DNA from: Macrostomum lignano
Taxonomy: Eukaryota
Assembly: GCA_002269645.1 (NCBI GenBank)
Contig: NIVC01002626.1
Location: forward strand, 1-64,000
DNA length: 64,000 nt
Direction of reading: 5' to 3'
Below the pieces are notes generated by a model that saw nothing but the letters and a program-made list of their open reading frames with translations, made no database searches and was not told where the DNA came from. The position numbers and the translations under genes were made by a program. Numbering within the stretch: the stretch's first letter is position 1; each line of letters starts with the position of its first letter. Positions 1-12,902 of this stretch are shown piece after piece.

Positions 1-174
1 TTCCACCTGTGTGATAAGTACATGCTTACTAGCAATTGACAATTCGACCATCATTGTGGAATTAGCAGAACGTCGATATGGGGTAATTCTGCCTTTTTAA
101 GGCAGATTAAATAGTTGGAGACCAACTTTAGAATGAAAAACTGTCTGCAAGCAACATGAGTTGATGGCTATGCT

Positions 175-400
175 ATTTAGGACTTCTGGTTGTACAATGT
201 GCTTCAGGACTTCTGGTTTCACAGTGTGGTTCAAGATTTCTGGTTGCACAGGGGGGTTCAGGACCTTTGGATGCACAATGGGGTTCAGGACTTCTGGTTG
301 CACAATGGGTTTCAGGACTTCTGCTTGCACAATGGGGTTCAGGACTTCTGGTTGCACAAGGGGTTTCAGGACTTCTGGGTGCACAATGGGGTGCAGGGCT
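175..400. repeat. 27-bp minisatellite (GGGGTTCAGGACTTCTGGTTGCACAAT), about 8 copies
   Basis: Direct tandem periodicity; explains the low-complexity ORFs 97..384, 161..406 and 190..426. Confidence 0.9.
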
Positions 401-1459
401 CCATGACTTTTACGCTTTTATCCTGATCCTAATCCTTGGGATGACATGCTCGTAAAATTTTTACGAGCATATTGCAAATTGTCACGATATGTCCAGGTAA
501 TCAGCAGGCATCCCTCTTAAAGGGATGAGAGGCTGCTCAAAAGACCTCATCAAGAGCACGATTTGGCCAGTCCCTCTCTCCGGACTCCTAATCATCTTAT
601 ACTTAACGCCAGTTCTCTCAGTCAGTCAAAGTACGAGTAACTCAAGCACTCAGCACGAAAAGCTTCCGTTGTTAAATCCAAAAGACCAAATTCTTCCAGA
701 ACTAATCTCCATTCCAATCAGTAATTTCGTAACTTAATTATCTTTATTTTCCCAATAGGCTGGAACGGGTCTGAAAGTCCCATAATTTGCCCGAGAGGGA
801 CAAGTCCTCCAATATCAGTGTTGGCCAAGAGGGAAAAATTGCCACGCAGCTGAGGGGATTCATAATCCATTATTGGGCGCAATCAGGAAGGTTGGCTGGT
901 TCTAATTTTGTCTCCCAGGAGTCATCCTCGCCAGTCTTGTGTGCGCGCGGGAGGGCGAGCCGCTATTGAAGCTTTTAAAACCTGTTGCTGAGAGAGAGGG
1001 GGGCCTTTACGTGAAAAAAAATACATTGACACTTCAAACTCGTCTTGCCTTTCGCGCTACAGTCCCACTGCTTGTCTGCTGACTGACGCTGAGAAAGATC
1101 ACGGATGATCTGTGGGGGGAGAGGCGCTTTCACGAGATCCAACTTTCGCATCGCCTTAAATTTCAGAAGCGAATTTTTTGTTTAATTAATTAAGTAGCTA
1201 AGATTTTCATAAACTATGCCTAAACTGGCGAAGTTTAGGCGTATGCGAGAGGTTGCTTAACTTTAGTGAATGTTATTAAATTTAGGTCTTGTGAAACTTA
1301 AGTCTTAAGACTCGTTTACACTGCTATTATATGAGGCAAGAGAAATTTTAGTCGCCAATCTTTCTGAGTCATCAATGCTTTCTCATTGCGTAGAGCGAAC
1401 TTATTGTCGCCTAAATTTATCGCTGTAGTGTGCTTGAGCCCCCTCCAGGGAAAAATCCG

Positions 1460-1793
1460 TAGTGAGGAATTCCCTTTTTGCCTCTCCGGTGTCGAAAATG
1501 CAGAGCACTTCATCTGTGAATGCTCCACCTTTACTCAGGACAGGCTCACGTACCTCGGCACAAATTCAGACTTTTCCTGTGTTTTTATGATCGATGAATC
1601 TCTGCTAGCTCGTCCGCCACCTAAGGGCTAATCGGGCGAGCGATCATCCACCTGCATGGACTCTCCGGAGGGACACGTACTGGCACCACGGCGGATCTCC
1701 CTGCCAGGGGTTAGCGGAATGGGCGTCAACGCCTTCCCGCCCGCTGTATCCGGATGCCCGGAACCCCCTGCAGCTGAGTCAAGTCAGACCAAG
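1460..1793 (+). mobile_element. 5'-truncated LINE remnant (C-terminal zinc knuckle plus 3' UTR), related to the element at 16947-22842
   Basis: ORF 1386..1631 contains FCLSGVENAEHFICECSTFTQDRLTYLG, versus FCNSGDETAEHFVSICPAFTRARLTYLG in the full-length LINE. It ends in TAGCGGAATGGGC...CGCC...CCCTGCAGCTGAGTCAAGT like the LINE 3' end. Confidence 0.85.
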
Positions 1794-2369
1794 TGCTTGA
1801 GCTCCTAAGGGAATCGAAGCCGCAATATGCGGGTTCACCGTGATTCTGGATTTATCCAAGAACCCATGAAATGGTCTGGCAGATACTGCGAACTTCAAGA
1901 ACGAATATCCATTATCAAAATAGGCCAGAGCTAGCTTGCTTTCCTATTGAATTATTTATTAAAACCAACTTTGGCAACTGAATTTCATATTTCAAATTGC
2001 TAACTGTAGTTCTGTATATATTTCGGCCGGTTCACACTAATTTTATATTGCTCAAATCAATTTAAGATGGGTCTGAAACAACTGTACATTTATTTGAGCA
2101 ATCTTTGACCCACGGAACTACATTTACTAGCGTTAATGTGAACCGGCCTTATGCTGCCAAGCGCTCTCGAATCTCATCTTTGAATTTTTTAGAGACAGGG
2201 GCCGCGAGCACCCTGGCGCACTTTAAGCGAACTTGTCACACAACTGGTGAGAGGCATAAAACTGCCCATTCCTCCGAATCCCCTGAGCCGACACACAAGC
2301 GCGCGGATACGTACATGTACGCAGTCATACACACAGGCACACACTCACACAGAATATACACACTTTATT

Positions 2370-2550
2370 TTTATCGTTAGGCATGTACACTTCACAGCGC
2401 CTTGGGGGTTGGCCCTCAAGCCCGTAAATTGCACGAGCAGAGCCAAGCCTTGATTCCAATTTAGCCGAAAATAATGCGACTGCACTTGGAATCGAGCCTG
2501 GGCCGCTGGCACATCAGATCGCCGCGCCAGACCACTGGACTACGGCCGCC
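2370..2550 (-). mobile_element. tRNA-derived sequence (SINE head or tRNA pseudogene), a different family from the CORE-like SINE
   Basis: Minus strand 2550-2476 reads GCGGCCGTAGTCCAGTGGT (A-box-like)...GGCTCGATTCC (B-box-like)...GCAGTCGC, with a partially pairing acceptor stem. The cloverleaf is imperfect and the 3' extent is uncertain. Confidence 0.55.
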
Positions 2551-4081
2551 GCATCTCTTTAATCAGCGAGTGCTTCTATTTTCAAAGAATTGTTATGCAC
2601 CTGACGTACTCTAAAAGTCTCTGGTATAAGCTGCATGCTAGCTCTTATAGTTCACTTGTTGAATCTAGCATTCTCCGTAGCTCCCTTGTCACTTACTTAT
2701 TTCCCTTCTCCCTCCGCAGCACACCGGACGAGGACCTGTCCTGGATGTCGTGTTTGGTCTGAAAACAACCGGAGAGAAAGCAGGCTGAGAACCCACTAGA
2801 GAGCAGGGGAGGAGGACAACTGGATGAGAAATGGACGCCCGCACTCCAAATTCAGGGTTTGGTTTGGTACGGCGGGAGGAGCTCGCTGGCCACTTAATGA
2901 TTGGGGTTGCTGACTTTGGAAGATGAAGGACGAGAGAGTCGGATTTTTACGTATAGCTGAGTGTATATTTGAGCTGCAATAGTTGTAGGCCCCACTAAAA
3001 TCCCTTCTAAAGCGCAGCCTTTAGTTGCTAAGCAAACTGGTTGGTTAGCTTGTCCCAAACTTCTGCAAACGGCTGTCAATGGGTGAGGCATTCCGTTAGT
3101 GTTACCTGAACAGCGGCTCTCATGGGTCATAATGAAATCTGATGCTGCACTGACTGATTCGTCTAATAAAAGTGCTTCAGCTTTCTGCTTTTCTTTGCGC
3201 AGTTTTTTGTCGAAAATCACTTCATTACCCAGACTCTACAGACGTACATGTAATAGCGTAGTTTTATAGCGTCAATCGACATAAAAAGAGATGCGACGTC
3301 TTTTTGAGCGATGCAATTGCTAATTATTTTCTATGCAAACAGAATATTGTGTCCCTGATTCGGAACTAAGTTAATATAAACGAGCGCTGCTAAATGACTT
3401 TCTCTAAAATTGGTGGTAGAAAAAAGCCAACGCTACGTCACAAAGCTGATCTCGTCATACATGTAGTTTCTGTCCGCCAGTTGCCATGCGGAAGAGTTTT
3501 TTTCCTGGCAGATCATTCCCATCAGCCATTGAACATTTCCAGACCTTTCGCCGCAGTCATTATTAGAAATTTCAGCATCCGGCAGAACAGATCAGAACAG
3601 TTCGTGGCCGGCACCACTCTATAAAACCAACCGATTAAGGCCGAAAATCGCACTGTTTTATGCTTACGATCGTATAATAATTTTCGATTCCGTTAAACCC
3701 AGCGACTATAGATTTCGTTTGTTGTTTAAAAAAACCGTCGTGGGAAGTAGGCTAAAAAAACTATCGTCTGTAGATCGAACCATAAGAGAACATAAGAGCG
3801 ATACAAATGTGGTACTCACGATCCCTTTACATATCCAACTATAGCTTGAATTGAACAACATCAAAACTATAGATTTACTGCTTATAGAATGTTTGTTGCT
3901 ATTCAAATATTGTGCAGTTTGAATACGGAACACGACATTACGGAGTTTGCTGGGATTTACGGGTCTGTGGAGTGCATAGTTCTGATAGTGGATAGATATT
4001 GCGGTGCATTATCGATTGGTATTATATAGATATACTGTTGCTCCGTTTCAGTGTTCGACATCATCGTCATGCCAGCTCGAA

Positions 4082-5395
4082 TCAAGCAGTTGTAGTGACG
4101 ATGTCCGCGGCTGCAGCCGGCGTGTTGACGCTGCGCAGAGCCACCGTCTCGTCCTGTTGCCGTGTTGGCTGGCGACCGCACTGGCGACCGCACAGTTCCG
4201 TGACTCGATCCAGCTTGACTAGGCGCGACAGATCCTGGCGAAACTTGCGATTCGAGATGCTGTAGATGAATATATTGATGAAGCTGTCAAATAGTGTGGC
4301 AAACTTCGACATGTGGACGATGATGGCGTCGATATTTCTGTCGGGTATGCGGTCCTCGAGGATTTTGCTGACAAACAAAGGAAATTCCAGGACGAGAAAG
4401 GTGACGCACAGCACGATCACAAGCAGATTGCCTCTTGAGGCCTGCTGCTCCGCTGCAGACTGCTGCTGCTGGCCCCCGTGACTCGCCGATATTGTTGCCG
4501 GGTTTGCTTTCTGCTTCTTCAAAGCTTGCTTTAGCCGCCTGTGCCTGCGCAGGCCAAGCATGATGCAGCAGCTGAAGATGCAGACGGTCAGAATGGGCCC
4601 GCCAGTCTGGAACACCAGCAGAGTGGCGATCTGGTAGGCAACTTTAAACCCGCTGTAGTGCTGCCTGCGAAGTCGGAGCTCCAGCGAGTCCAGCGAATAG
4701 ATCGCAGCGTCGCGATCGCAGGCGACGCAGCTGAAGTGGATGACCCGCGGCAGGGAGATCAGGAAAGAAGCGGCCACAACTGCCACAATGATGGCGTGGA
4801 CCCTAGCCACACTAGTGAAGACCTTCACTGGGTTCATAGCTCGGCACACCGCCTCGTAGCGAAACGTCGAGATGACCACGATAATCCAGTTGCGAGCAAT
4901 ATGGAAGCAAGTCTGCAACACAATCAACAGGTTGATGGCCAGACAAAAGAAGATGCTTGGTCCCAAGCCGGGGAATGAGATGGCCGAGCTAAACAGGCAA
5001 TACTCAGTGATGTGGTACATCAGGAAGAAAAAATGAAATAATATCTCAATTAGTGACAGCGACTTCAGCAACAGAACCACAATGCGCTGCGTTAGAGCCG
5101 CTCCACGCTCCTGCTTCCTGAAAATAATAAACGACAGCGTGTTGTTGACTATGTTCAGTGCGTTAACGATGCAGAACAATGTCGAATAGGGACGGATGCT
5201 GTTGGCGAAATAACAGTTCCGCTGCTGAATCTCGGAGCAGAAATCCTTGGTGCCAAGGCAGAGCAGCGGGTTGAGCCAGCCGGGCCAGAAAAGCCAGCTG
5301 TGCCGGCTCTGCAGTGAGGACTGGTTGCCCGAGCAATAAGCGGCGCTTGAGTTGTCAGGTGGTCCCTGGCTGATGTTCAGAACTGGGCACGCCAT
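4082..5395 (-). CDS. Intronless class A (rhodopsin-like) GPCR, peptide-receptor-like orphan, 437 aa
   Basis: ATG at 5395. Seven hydrophobic segments, N-terminal N-glycosylation sequons, TM3 RNWIIVVISTFRYEAVC (DRY replaced by FRY), TM6 FLVLEFP, TM7/helix 8 DSFINIFIYSISNRKFR. Confidence 0.93.
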   Translation of the reverse strand: MACPVLNISQGPPDNSSAAYCSGNQSSLQSRHSWLFWPGWLNPLLCLGTKDFCSEIQQRNCYFANSIRPYSTLFCIVNALNIVNNTLSFIIFRKQERGAALTQRIVVLLLKSLSLIEILFHFFFLMYHITEYCLFSSAISFPGLGPSIFFCLAINLLIVLQTCFHIARNWIIVVISTFRYEAVCRAMNPVKVFTSVARVHAIIVAVVAASFLISLPRVIHFSCVACDRDAAIYSLDSLELRLRRQHYSGFKVAYQIATLLVFQTGGPILTVCIFSCCIMLGLRRHRRLKQALKKQKANPATISASHGGQQQQSAAEQQASRGNLLVIVLCVTFLVLEFPLFVSKILEDRIPDRNIDAIIVHMSKFATLFDSFINIFIYSISNRKFRQDLSRLVKLDRVTELCGRQCGRQPTRQQDETVALRSVNTPAAAADIVTTTA

Positions 5396-8300
5396 GCAGC
5401 TGTTTTTGTCACTTGGTCATTGATGAAGATTCGAACCGGTCACTTGTCAAGCACTGGGCTGTAGCAGATATCCAACTTTTTATAGACATCCCCGCTCCGT
5501 TTCCCTCTGGCCAATTTATCACACGCAATCGATGCTTTGGCTCAACGTCCGCGCCCGTCAACAGGATTGAGCGGAATGAGCCCGTTCAGCCAATGGCGAT
5601 TGACGGCCTAGCCCTAAGTTCCAATTGCCTGCGCTTTGCTAGTTTCGAAGCCATATGTAGCTCGAAGATAGGTTAATTTTTACTACTACTACTAATAGTA
5701 GTGTTTGGCGCGATATAAACTATTATTAACCCTGATCAAAATATTTAATTGCAACTACGAGAGTTATCTAAGACAAATACAATTTTTTATGAGTACATTC
5801 CTAAGGAACGGCATTGATGCATGTACATCAGAGTGCAGCACTCGGAGATCTGAAAGTAATGCATGAATTTCGCTTAGACTCAATTTTGAAGCTTTAATTA
5901 ATTTTGCCATTTTTATCGTCGCTTTTTGCAAAAATTTAGAAAAGGAGGATTTTAAATTTATTTTAATTGGATAGCATTATTCAATATATTTAAATTGTAG
6001 CAATAGATTGATTTTTAGACATAATTGCAAATGCACCCCCTCTGCGTTGCATTTTAATGGACTATTCTTGTTAAATCTGAGAAGCAGCATCTGCAGTGTT
6101 AGAAATTGCCAGGTGCAGATAAATAAGCTCTGCGCTAATGAATAATAGATTATTTCGCCGATTCAGATTTAAAGTACTTTTAAATCTTGTGTGTGCGAGG
6201 CAATTAGGTGCTTGGGACTGGTGCATGATTTAATACTTGTTATTATTAGCTTTATTAGTTCACTAAATGTCATCTTCAGCAGCTATAGCTTCATCCAATC
6301 AGCACCCGATTCTCCGAACCAAGCCGCACAGCTTATCCGTCTATGTGCTTTAACGAGTGAGGCTTTAAAAAATCTAAATATCGAAGATTAATTTATGCCA
6401 TTTACATCATCATAAAACTGCACCATAACTGCATCATAAAAACCGACAAGCTACAATTGCTTCGAAGAATATTTTTCTGCATACTGGGAAATTTGTCTAT
6501 CCGCCGATATTTGAGGTTGTGCTCAAATCCGTGGTGTATTTAATTTTTTGTTTTAATGACGATAAGTCATAAGTGAGAAACAAATTGAATAATTTTTAGC
6601 GTTCAAAGATAAATTCAATTTTTTCAATTAATAGGCCAAGTATTATAATTAGTTATTTAATTACTTTGTTAATCTGCTTTCTACATACATTTTTACTGTA
6701 TTACTGTCTAGTATAGTATAGCCACAGTTTACAGTTTTGTTCGCGGAAGAAATCCTTCATACGCTCGTAAAATCTACCATTCTTATCGGCTGCATATATG
6801 AGCATAAAAGAATGCTAATATGACTAACTAGATGGATTTAAATAATTTTTAGCTCGTATAATGCTTTTTTATTTCATTGATGCACCCCCATACGCAAGAA
6901 GCAAGTTGATTTCATGTAGCAAAAGACTTCTTTGAATAACAGAACATTATTCTATTTGATTCCGTACTTGCATAAAATTTAATTTCTATATATTGCTAAT
7001 AGATCCGATTTTTTCCGTAGAAAACCGAGCATCGTAGCCAGTATAGATTTGCTCAAAAGTTCCACTTTAATTTCCTACCTTTTCATCTGTTTCTTCACAC
7101 AAAAATTTGTCAATAGAAGAAAAACCACGATTTTTAAAACCTGTATGTCTGTCGACCGATTCTTAATAATCATTCATCTTTAAAAATCGAGTTTTATATG
7201 TATTCTTTCTGTTTTACAATTATATACCTGGATTCGCTGCAATTTGTTACTTTATCGCAGTTTTGCCTTTACAGTTCAATTTAAACTCATAGAAAAATTT
7301 GACACATTTATTGCGATATCATTTTGGAAAGATTGTATTTTTGGAGGATATCGACCGCGCATTATATTTTATTAATTTTAAGACGGCTAAAAAGTACATG
7401 TAGTAATCGCACTATATCTCATCGCCTATGGACTCAGCTATATCTCAGATAGTATATTATAACTTATAAGACAGAAGCTTATAAGACGAAGATAATCTTT
7501 CGTAAAATACACTACCTATCTTAACGAAGACAGCTAGCTGCGGCTACATATTCGATGAGTTATATATGTAATATCCTTTCAGAACATGCGATGCGACCTG
7601 CAATGGGCTGCTTAAGGAAGTGCAATTTTGTCCCTCTTGGACTCGTCGACGGGCATTAAATTATTCATACAGGCCCTGTGTATTAACCCGCTTCTTCGAC
7701 GGTACGATCTGTGGGTACTCACTTCATATAGCTATAATTCGTGATTTTACGTCACAGGAAACGTGTAATTCGCAGGAGCGCATTTGATGCTGCCCCAAAT
7801 CGATGCGTCGGTCGAACCGCAGCAAGCAATGCGTGGAAAAGTAAATAGTTCTATAGCACATCATGAATGAGTACGAATTGGTATACATGCTCACACATGG
7901 TGTTCAGTAGCTCCGACTTGCTCATCGTTAGGCAAGTCCGGTACATGCACGCACTGGTGTACCGTTAGCATACCGATATAACAAACCTAAATTTTAAATT
8001 ATCTCGGACACGAATCGTGCATGACTAAATTCCAGACCAGGCCCATATGAATTTAGTCACACTGTCAAAAGAGACAGACACATATGGAGCGTACATTGCA
8101 AATAATGATCACTGGAAGCCGCGGATTTTATAGCTGCGAAATGAACTAATCGTTTTTCTATTCTGCTCGGCGGTTCGTCGACTGCCTGCTGGCTGACGCC
8201 AGCGATATCCGTATTCGGTCGTCGGCGTGGCCAATTCGTTCGCAACCTGGCCTAGACGCTTGCCTTCGAAGTACTCTGACAGTATTTCCGTAGATAAACT

Positions 8301-9859
8301 GGTGAACCAACTGGTATCTGCATGGCTGACTAGAGGCTTGACACCTGAGCGTCGTTCTTGTGCCGAACGGCTTCAAATAGATTAACAATTTTACAAATTT
8401 CATGACGAGACGAACAGCTGGCGAGATCAAACACGAATACGTCGGCTTCTAACTGATTATACAAGGTCTGTAAATCATGATGGTTATAAGTTGCATAAAC
8501 TGTTTTGAGGGAGCTTTGCCCCGACCTGTAACGAGAATCCGCCATCTACCTCCCGATAGTATATGCACCGTAGTGGCCGTCTCTGAGGCCACTTTTTTGT
8601 TTCATAATTAATGCATTTCTCTCAACCGAATGTCAGATACATGTAGATGTCTCAGACGGGAAGTGTCGAAGCGTGTGCTCAGTACAAGCCGGACTGTCTG
8701 CCTGTCCCGCCCAGACTAGTGCTTTTATATAGCCTCGATATATTTTGAGCGAAATGCTTCACCGTGTGCATGCGGTATAGTGAACTCTATAATGGAGAAT
8801 GTAGCAGACATATAAATATCGAAAAAAGACTGGAGTTAAGGGTTATGTATAGCTTGAGCCATGTGAACGTCAAATTTTGTTACATCATGAAAAGTACTAA
8901 ACGATGAACAGATGACACCAATTTAAAGTGCTCCGTCCCTCGATGACGTCATAGTCTTTGTTCAGCCTTAAGAAATTCTTTCTTTTGTCAACCTTGGCTA
9001 GACACCGACAGTGGGACACGAGCGACCTAGGTTTTAGATACTAGTCTTTATTGTTGATTGATGCATTCATTTCTGTATTTTGTACCGAGTGGAGCAATGC
9101 TAGCACATAAAAGTTCCTTTAATTTGTCAGAATATTCCAGAGATGCAACGAAACTTTGTTGTCATGGTGATTTTTCATTACAAAATAAAGAGCAGTAAAC
9201 CAAATCAAACACAATATTTTATTTAGTGCATAGTTTTGTAGACTTATATTTTGGCAATAAATCGTATGAGTCTTCAGGGCAAATAGTGCAATTACAGTTA
9301 CGACCTGCTCTAAGCACCAGTGCTCAGAGCAGTTATCATGCAGACTCTTTATGGGCTTTCATTTGCAGGTCTAAAGGGTCCTAAAGGGATGACGCGGCTA
9401 AGGGACCATACCAGCTATACAGCTCGACTGAGCAGGACACTGCCCGGCAGGAAAATAAATTCATTTTTATTGCATCGAAGTGAATTCTATAGCTATTTGT
9501 CAGGCTAGTTCACCCCAGTTGAATACAGCTCCTAAGTGGCATATAAAAGCAGGAGTTATTATATTTATAAAACCCTCTAAAATCTGAATAATTTATGACT
9601 TCAGTGAAGGCGAATGGACCAGCCGTAGAAAATTCGAATTAATTAAAAAGCTACCGTCAGGGGGGATCAAATAGGTTCAGTATATCATCGTACGACGAAA
9701 ATGAGAGACAAAGACAATTCATTCAATTTTCTAATTGACGATAGATTTCTGGATTTAATTAGTTAAAGATGGATTGCCAGCAATTAAAATCAATATTTCG
9801 TTTTGTTTGATTTCTATACATGTAGTCAGCAGTAAGTCTATTCTAGGGGGGGGGGGGCA

Positions 9860-10258
9860 TCAAGGCTCTGACCGTGGCCCTCTCGGGTCATGACTGTTTT
9901 GCCAGGCACCGTCACCTAATCCGCAACGAGGAACCGTCTGTCCTCTCCGGCCTCTCCGGTGTCGAGAATGCTCACTACACAACAGGCTCACTTACCTTGG
10001 CCCAAACCGTACCTCTCCGACGTTTTCAGGTCTGAAAATCTCTGTCAGCTCGTCCGCTACCTATAAGGCCTACAGGGAAAGCGACCATCTACCTCCTGGA
10101 CTCTCCGACCGTGCTGCGAACATCGGCACCACCGGATCTCCCTGCGCGACAGCGAAATACCAGCTGCCCGCGGTCGCCAGCGGGGTTTAGCGGAATGGGC
10201 AGCAACGCCTCCTCGCTGCATCAGGATGCCCCCCTGCAGCTGAGTCAAGTAAATCAAG
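9860..10258 (+). mobile_element. Degenerate 5'-truncated LINE 3' remnant, same subfamily as 1460-1793
   Basis: Starts with ALTVALSGHDCFARHRHL-like coding (cf. TMTLSGHGCFSRHQYL). Shares GCCTCTCCGGTGTCGA..AATGC, AGCTCGTCCGC and GGATCTCCCTGC with 1460-1793 and ends with the same 3' motif. Confidence 0.8.
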
Positions 10259-10489
10259 GGAATAGCTTGCAGAATACGCAAATGAAAAGTATCTCAGCCG
10301 ACATACCCTCGTATCGCATGGTAACAACACGACGTATACTTGTAATCACACGGCTTGGAAAGTATAGACAATTTGGGAAAGTTAAAAATTTGAATCAAGT
10401 TCGGAATTGATTTTTAGTTGTTTTTTGCTAGTTCAATAAAGTTAAAGAATCTTCTCTTTTCTTTTGGTTTCATTCGTCTTTTTGAACAT

Positions 10490-11686
10490 TCACACCTCTT
10501 CGGTTATATCTGACGTTTCTCTTCGCGTGTTACCAATTCTAACGCTTGCAAGAGGTACCAAATCAGCAGCTTCATGAGCCTCAGCAGGCATCTCTGGGAC
10601 AGCTGCTCTTCCATCAGTATCTGGAGTCCGGTTCCGCCCTCGATCAGCCGATCTGCCTCTCAGCCAACACGGTAGTCGACGTCTTATGACGCGCTTAAAC
10701 TCCCGGTTGCTCAGGTAGTACACAAGGATGTTGAAGGTGGAGTCAACGCAGGTTAGCAGGTTGGTTGTGTAGCCAAGCAGGTGCAGTCGAGTCCTCATTG
10801 GGTCGATCACTTTCAGTAGAGTCGGTATCTCACACGTGAGAAACACAGCGCACAGTACAATAACCAGCCTAGTGCCAGACTGATGCCTGTGCCGACCTTC
10901 GAAACCTTCGCCGCGTTCGCGGCAGTTTCGATCGCGGCTCTGCATCGACTTGCGCGACCGTCTCTGTCTGTAGAGAATATGGCACAGGCAGATGCTAAAC
11001 ACTAGGAGCAGCATCACCGGGCCAACATTCTGAGCCAGGAAGAGAATAAGTCCCAGGTAGAGTATCCGATAGAGCTGCGTGTCACTCAGGTTGCTGTCAA
11101 TATGAGTCACCTGTTTCTCAAACGAGCAAACCACTATGCTGAACTCCAGGCTGCGAGGCAGGGCAACCATTAGGCAGACAGCTACCAGGCAGCAACTTTT
11201 CAAACGCAGATGACCAGAAAAAAGGCAGGAGCGAACGCTCGGGACAGATGCAGAGCAGTATCGATAGTAGCTGATAATGACAACCATCCAGTTGCGAATC
11301 AGGTGACAGGCCGTCAGCAGCACGATTGACACCACAATGCTGGCCGCGACTATCCGAGCTTCTAGAAGAGTTCTCATTTCCAGGCGGTTGGTCTCCATCA
11401 GAAGGAAAAGCAACTGATGCGAGGCGAACATCAGCTGAAAAAGGACCTCCGCAACGGATAGATACATGAGGATGCGGTTGAACTGATTGTTCGGCTTCAT
11501 CCAACGAAACACTGAACAGCACAGGCTGTTCAACACGCAGTTGAGCATTGGTAAGCAGATCATGAATATCTTGTAGGCCTTCAAACCAAACAGGTCGTTC
11601 AGGTGTGACGTATTCGATCTGGTGGCATTTTCGCACTCGTGCGACGAGTTTGACAGTAGAATGATGCGCTTCGTAGCGGCAAGCAT
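10490..11686 (-). CDS. Intronless class A GPCR, divergent tandem paralog of 4082-5395, about 398 aa
   Basis: The track ORF starts at a TTG (11737); the first ATG is at 11686. Seven TM segments, sequons NSS/NAT/NTS, TM3 RNWMVVIISYYRY, TM6 FLTCEIP, TM7 DSTFNILVYYLSNREFK. Confidence 0.92.
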   Translation of the reverse strand: MLAATKRIILLSNSSHECENATRSNTSHLNDLFGLKAYKIFMICLPMLNCVLNSLCCSVFRWMKPNNQFNRILMYLSVAEVLFQLMFASHQLLFLLMETNRLEMRTLLEARIVAASIVVSIVLLTACHLIRNWMVVIISYYRYCSASVPSVRSCLFSGHLRLKSCCLVAVCLMVALPRSLEFSIVVCSFEKQVTHIDSNLSDTQLYRILYLGLILFLAQNVGPVMLLLVFSICLCHILYRQRRSRKSMQSRDRNCRERGEGFEGRHRHQSGTRLVIVLCAVFLTCEIPTLLKVIDPMRTRLHLLGYTTNLLTCVDSTFNILVYYLSNREFKRVIRRRLPCWLRGRSADRGRNRTPDTDGRAAVPEMPAEAHEAADLVPLASVRIGNTRRETSDITEEV

Positions 11687-12496
11687 GAGTTTAGGATGTC
11701 GAGTAAGGTATGGCAGAATCAATGAGTCCAAAGGCAAATCTCTTAGGAAATAATGTATTATTATATTGAGAAGCGCGGAGCACGTCTCTTCGAAACTCTT
11801 TTTCCCAATCGAAATAAATCAAATTGGAGAAGTACCGAATTAAGGCTTAGGAGAGCTGATATCAAATGTTAGCCAAGACCGTCCCTGTTTGCTTCTCCAG
11901 CTCTTGTTTTTAGCCCCGCCCAGTTTTCCTTGGGGCTTTTGCCAATTCTTTCCACGAAACGAATCAAAGCCGGATGGAGAGGCAGGAAATTTGCCTAAGC
12001 AAAGCCAATGAGAGGGCGCGCTCAGCGGGGATCTGGCCGGGTCTGTATGGATGGGATGGTGAAGCATGACTTGCCCCCATCATCGGTCTGCCGCTCTCTC
12101 CACTGCTTCAGCACTGTTGGCTTTGCTATTTACCATCTCTATGAGTCCTGACAATGAGAGATGTAGAAGGACATGGCAACAAGCAAAAAGTAGAGCCCAT
12201 ATTTTTTATATTAGCGAAGTGCTATGAAATGATTTTCTTTTAAGTTAGAAAACAGAGTTGCTTGAAAGAAAAACTGAAAGTGCTCAAGAAGCAACAGATA
12301 CCAGTAAGACGTTAATATGTTATTACATCAGGTTGTCACTTATGATACAGAAGGTAGATAACGAAATGATCGTAATATTTTAATCTGAAAGCGTGTGATT
12401 TTTTTGTGATTTCGTGCAAAATAAGCATGGCTGTTGGGCTCACAAATATATCTTACTGGAGAATATCTCTTGGTACAGAATCTTGTACGAGCGTAC

Positions 12497-12902
<406 letters not shown>

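Noticed and set aside
2700-2780. Strong polypyrimidine-CAG acceptor-like site at about 2720 with short open frames
   Set aside because: No upstream exon or recognisable product could be linked to it within the window.
2894-3220. 108-aa ORF, and similar ORFs at 14629..14955 and 28626..28958
   Set aside because: No recognisable domain; possibly decayed TE sequence but not supportable.
1460-10258. Idea that LINE remnants downstream of each GPCR mediated their tandem duplication
   Set aside because: The GPCR proteins are far more divergent than the remnants, the remnants sit at different distances (about 2.3 kb and 0.23 kb), and no shared flanking homology was seen.
11687-11737. N-terminal extension of GPCR2 in the ORF track
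   Set aside because: It starts at TTG; the first ATG is at 11686.
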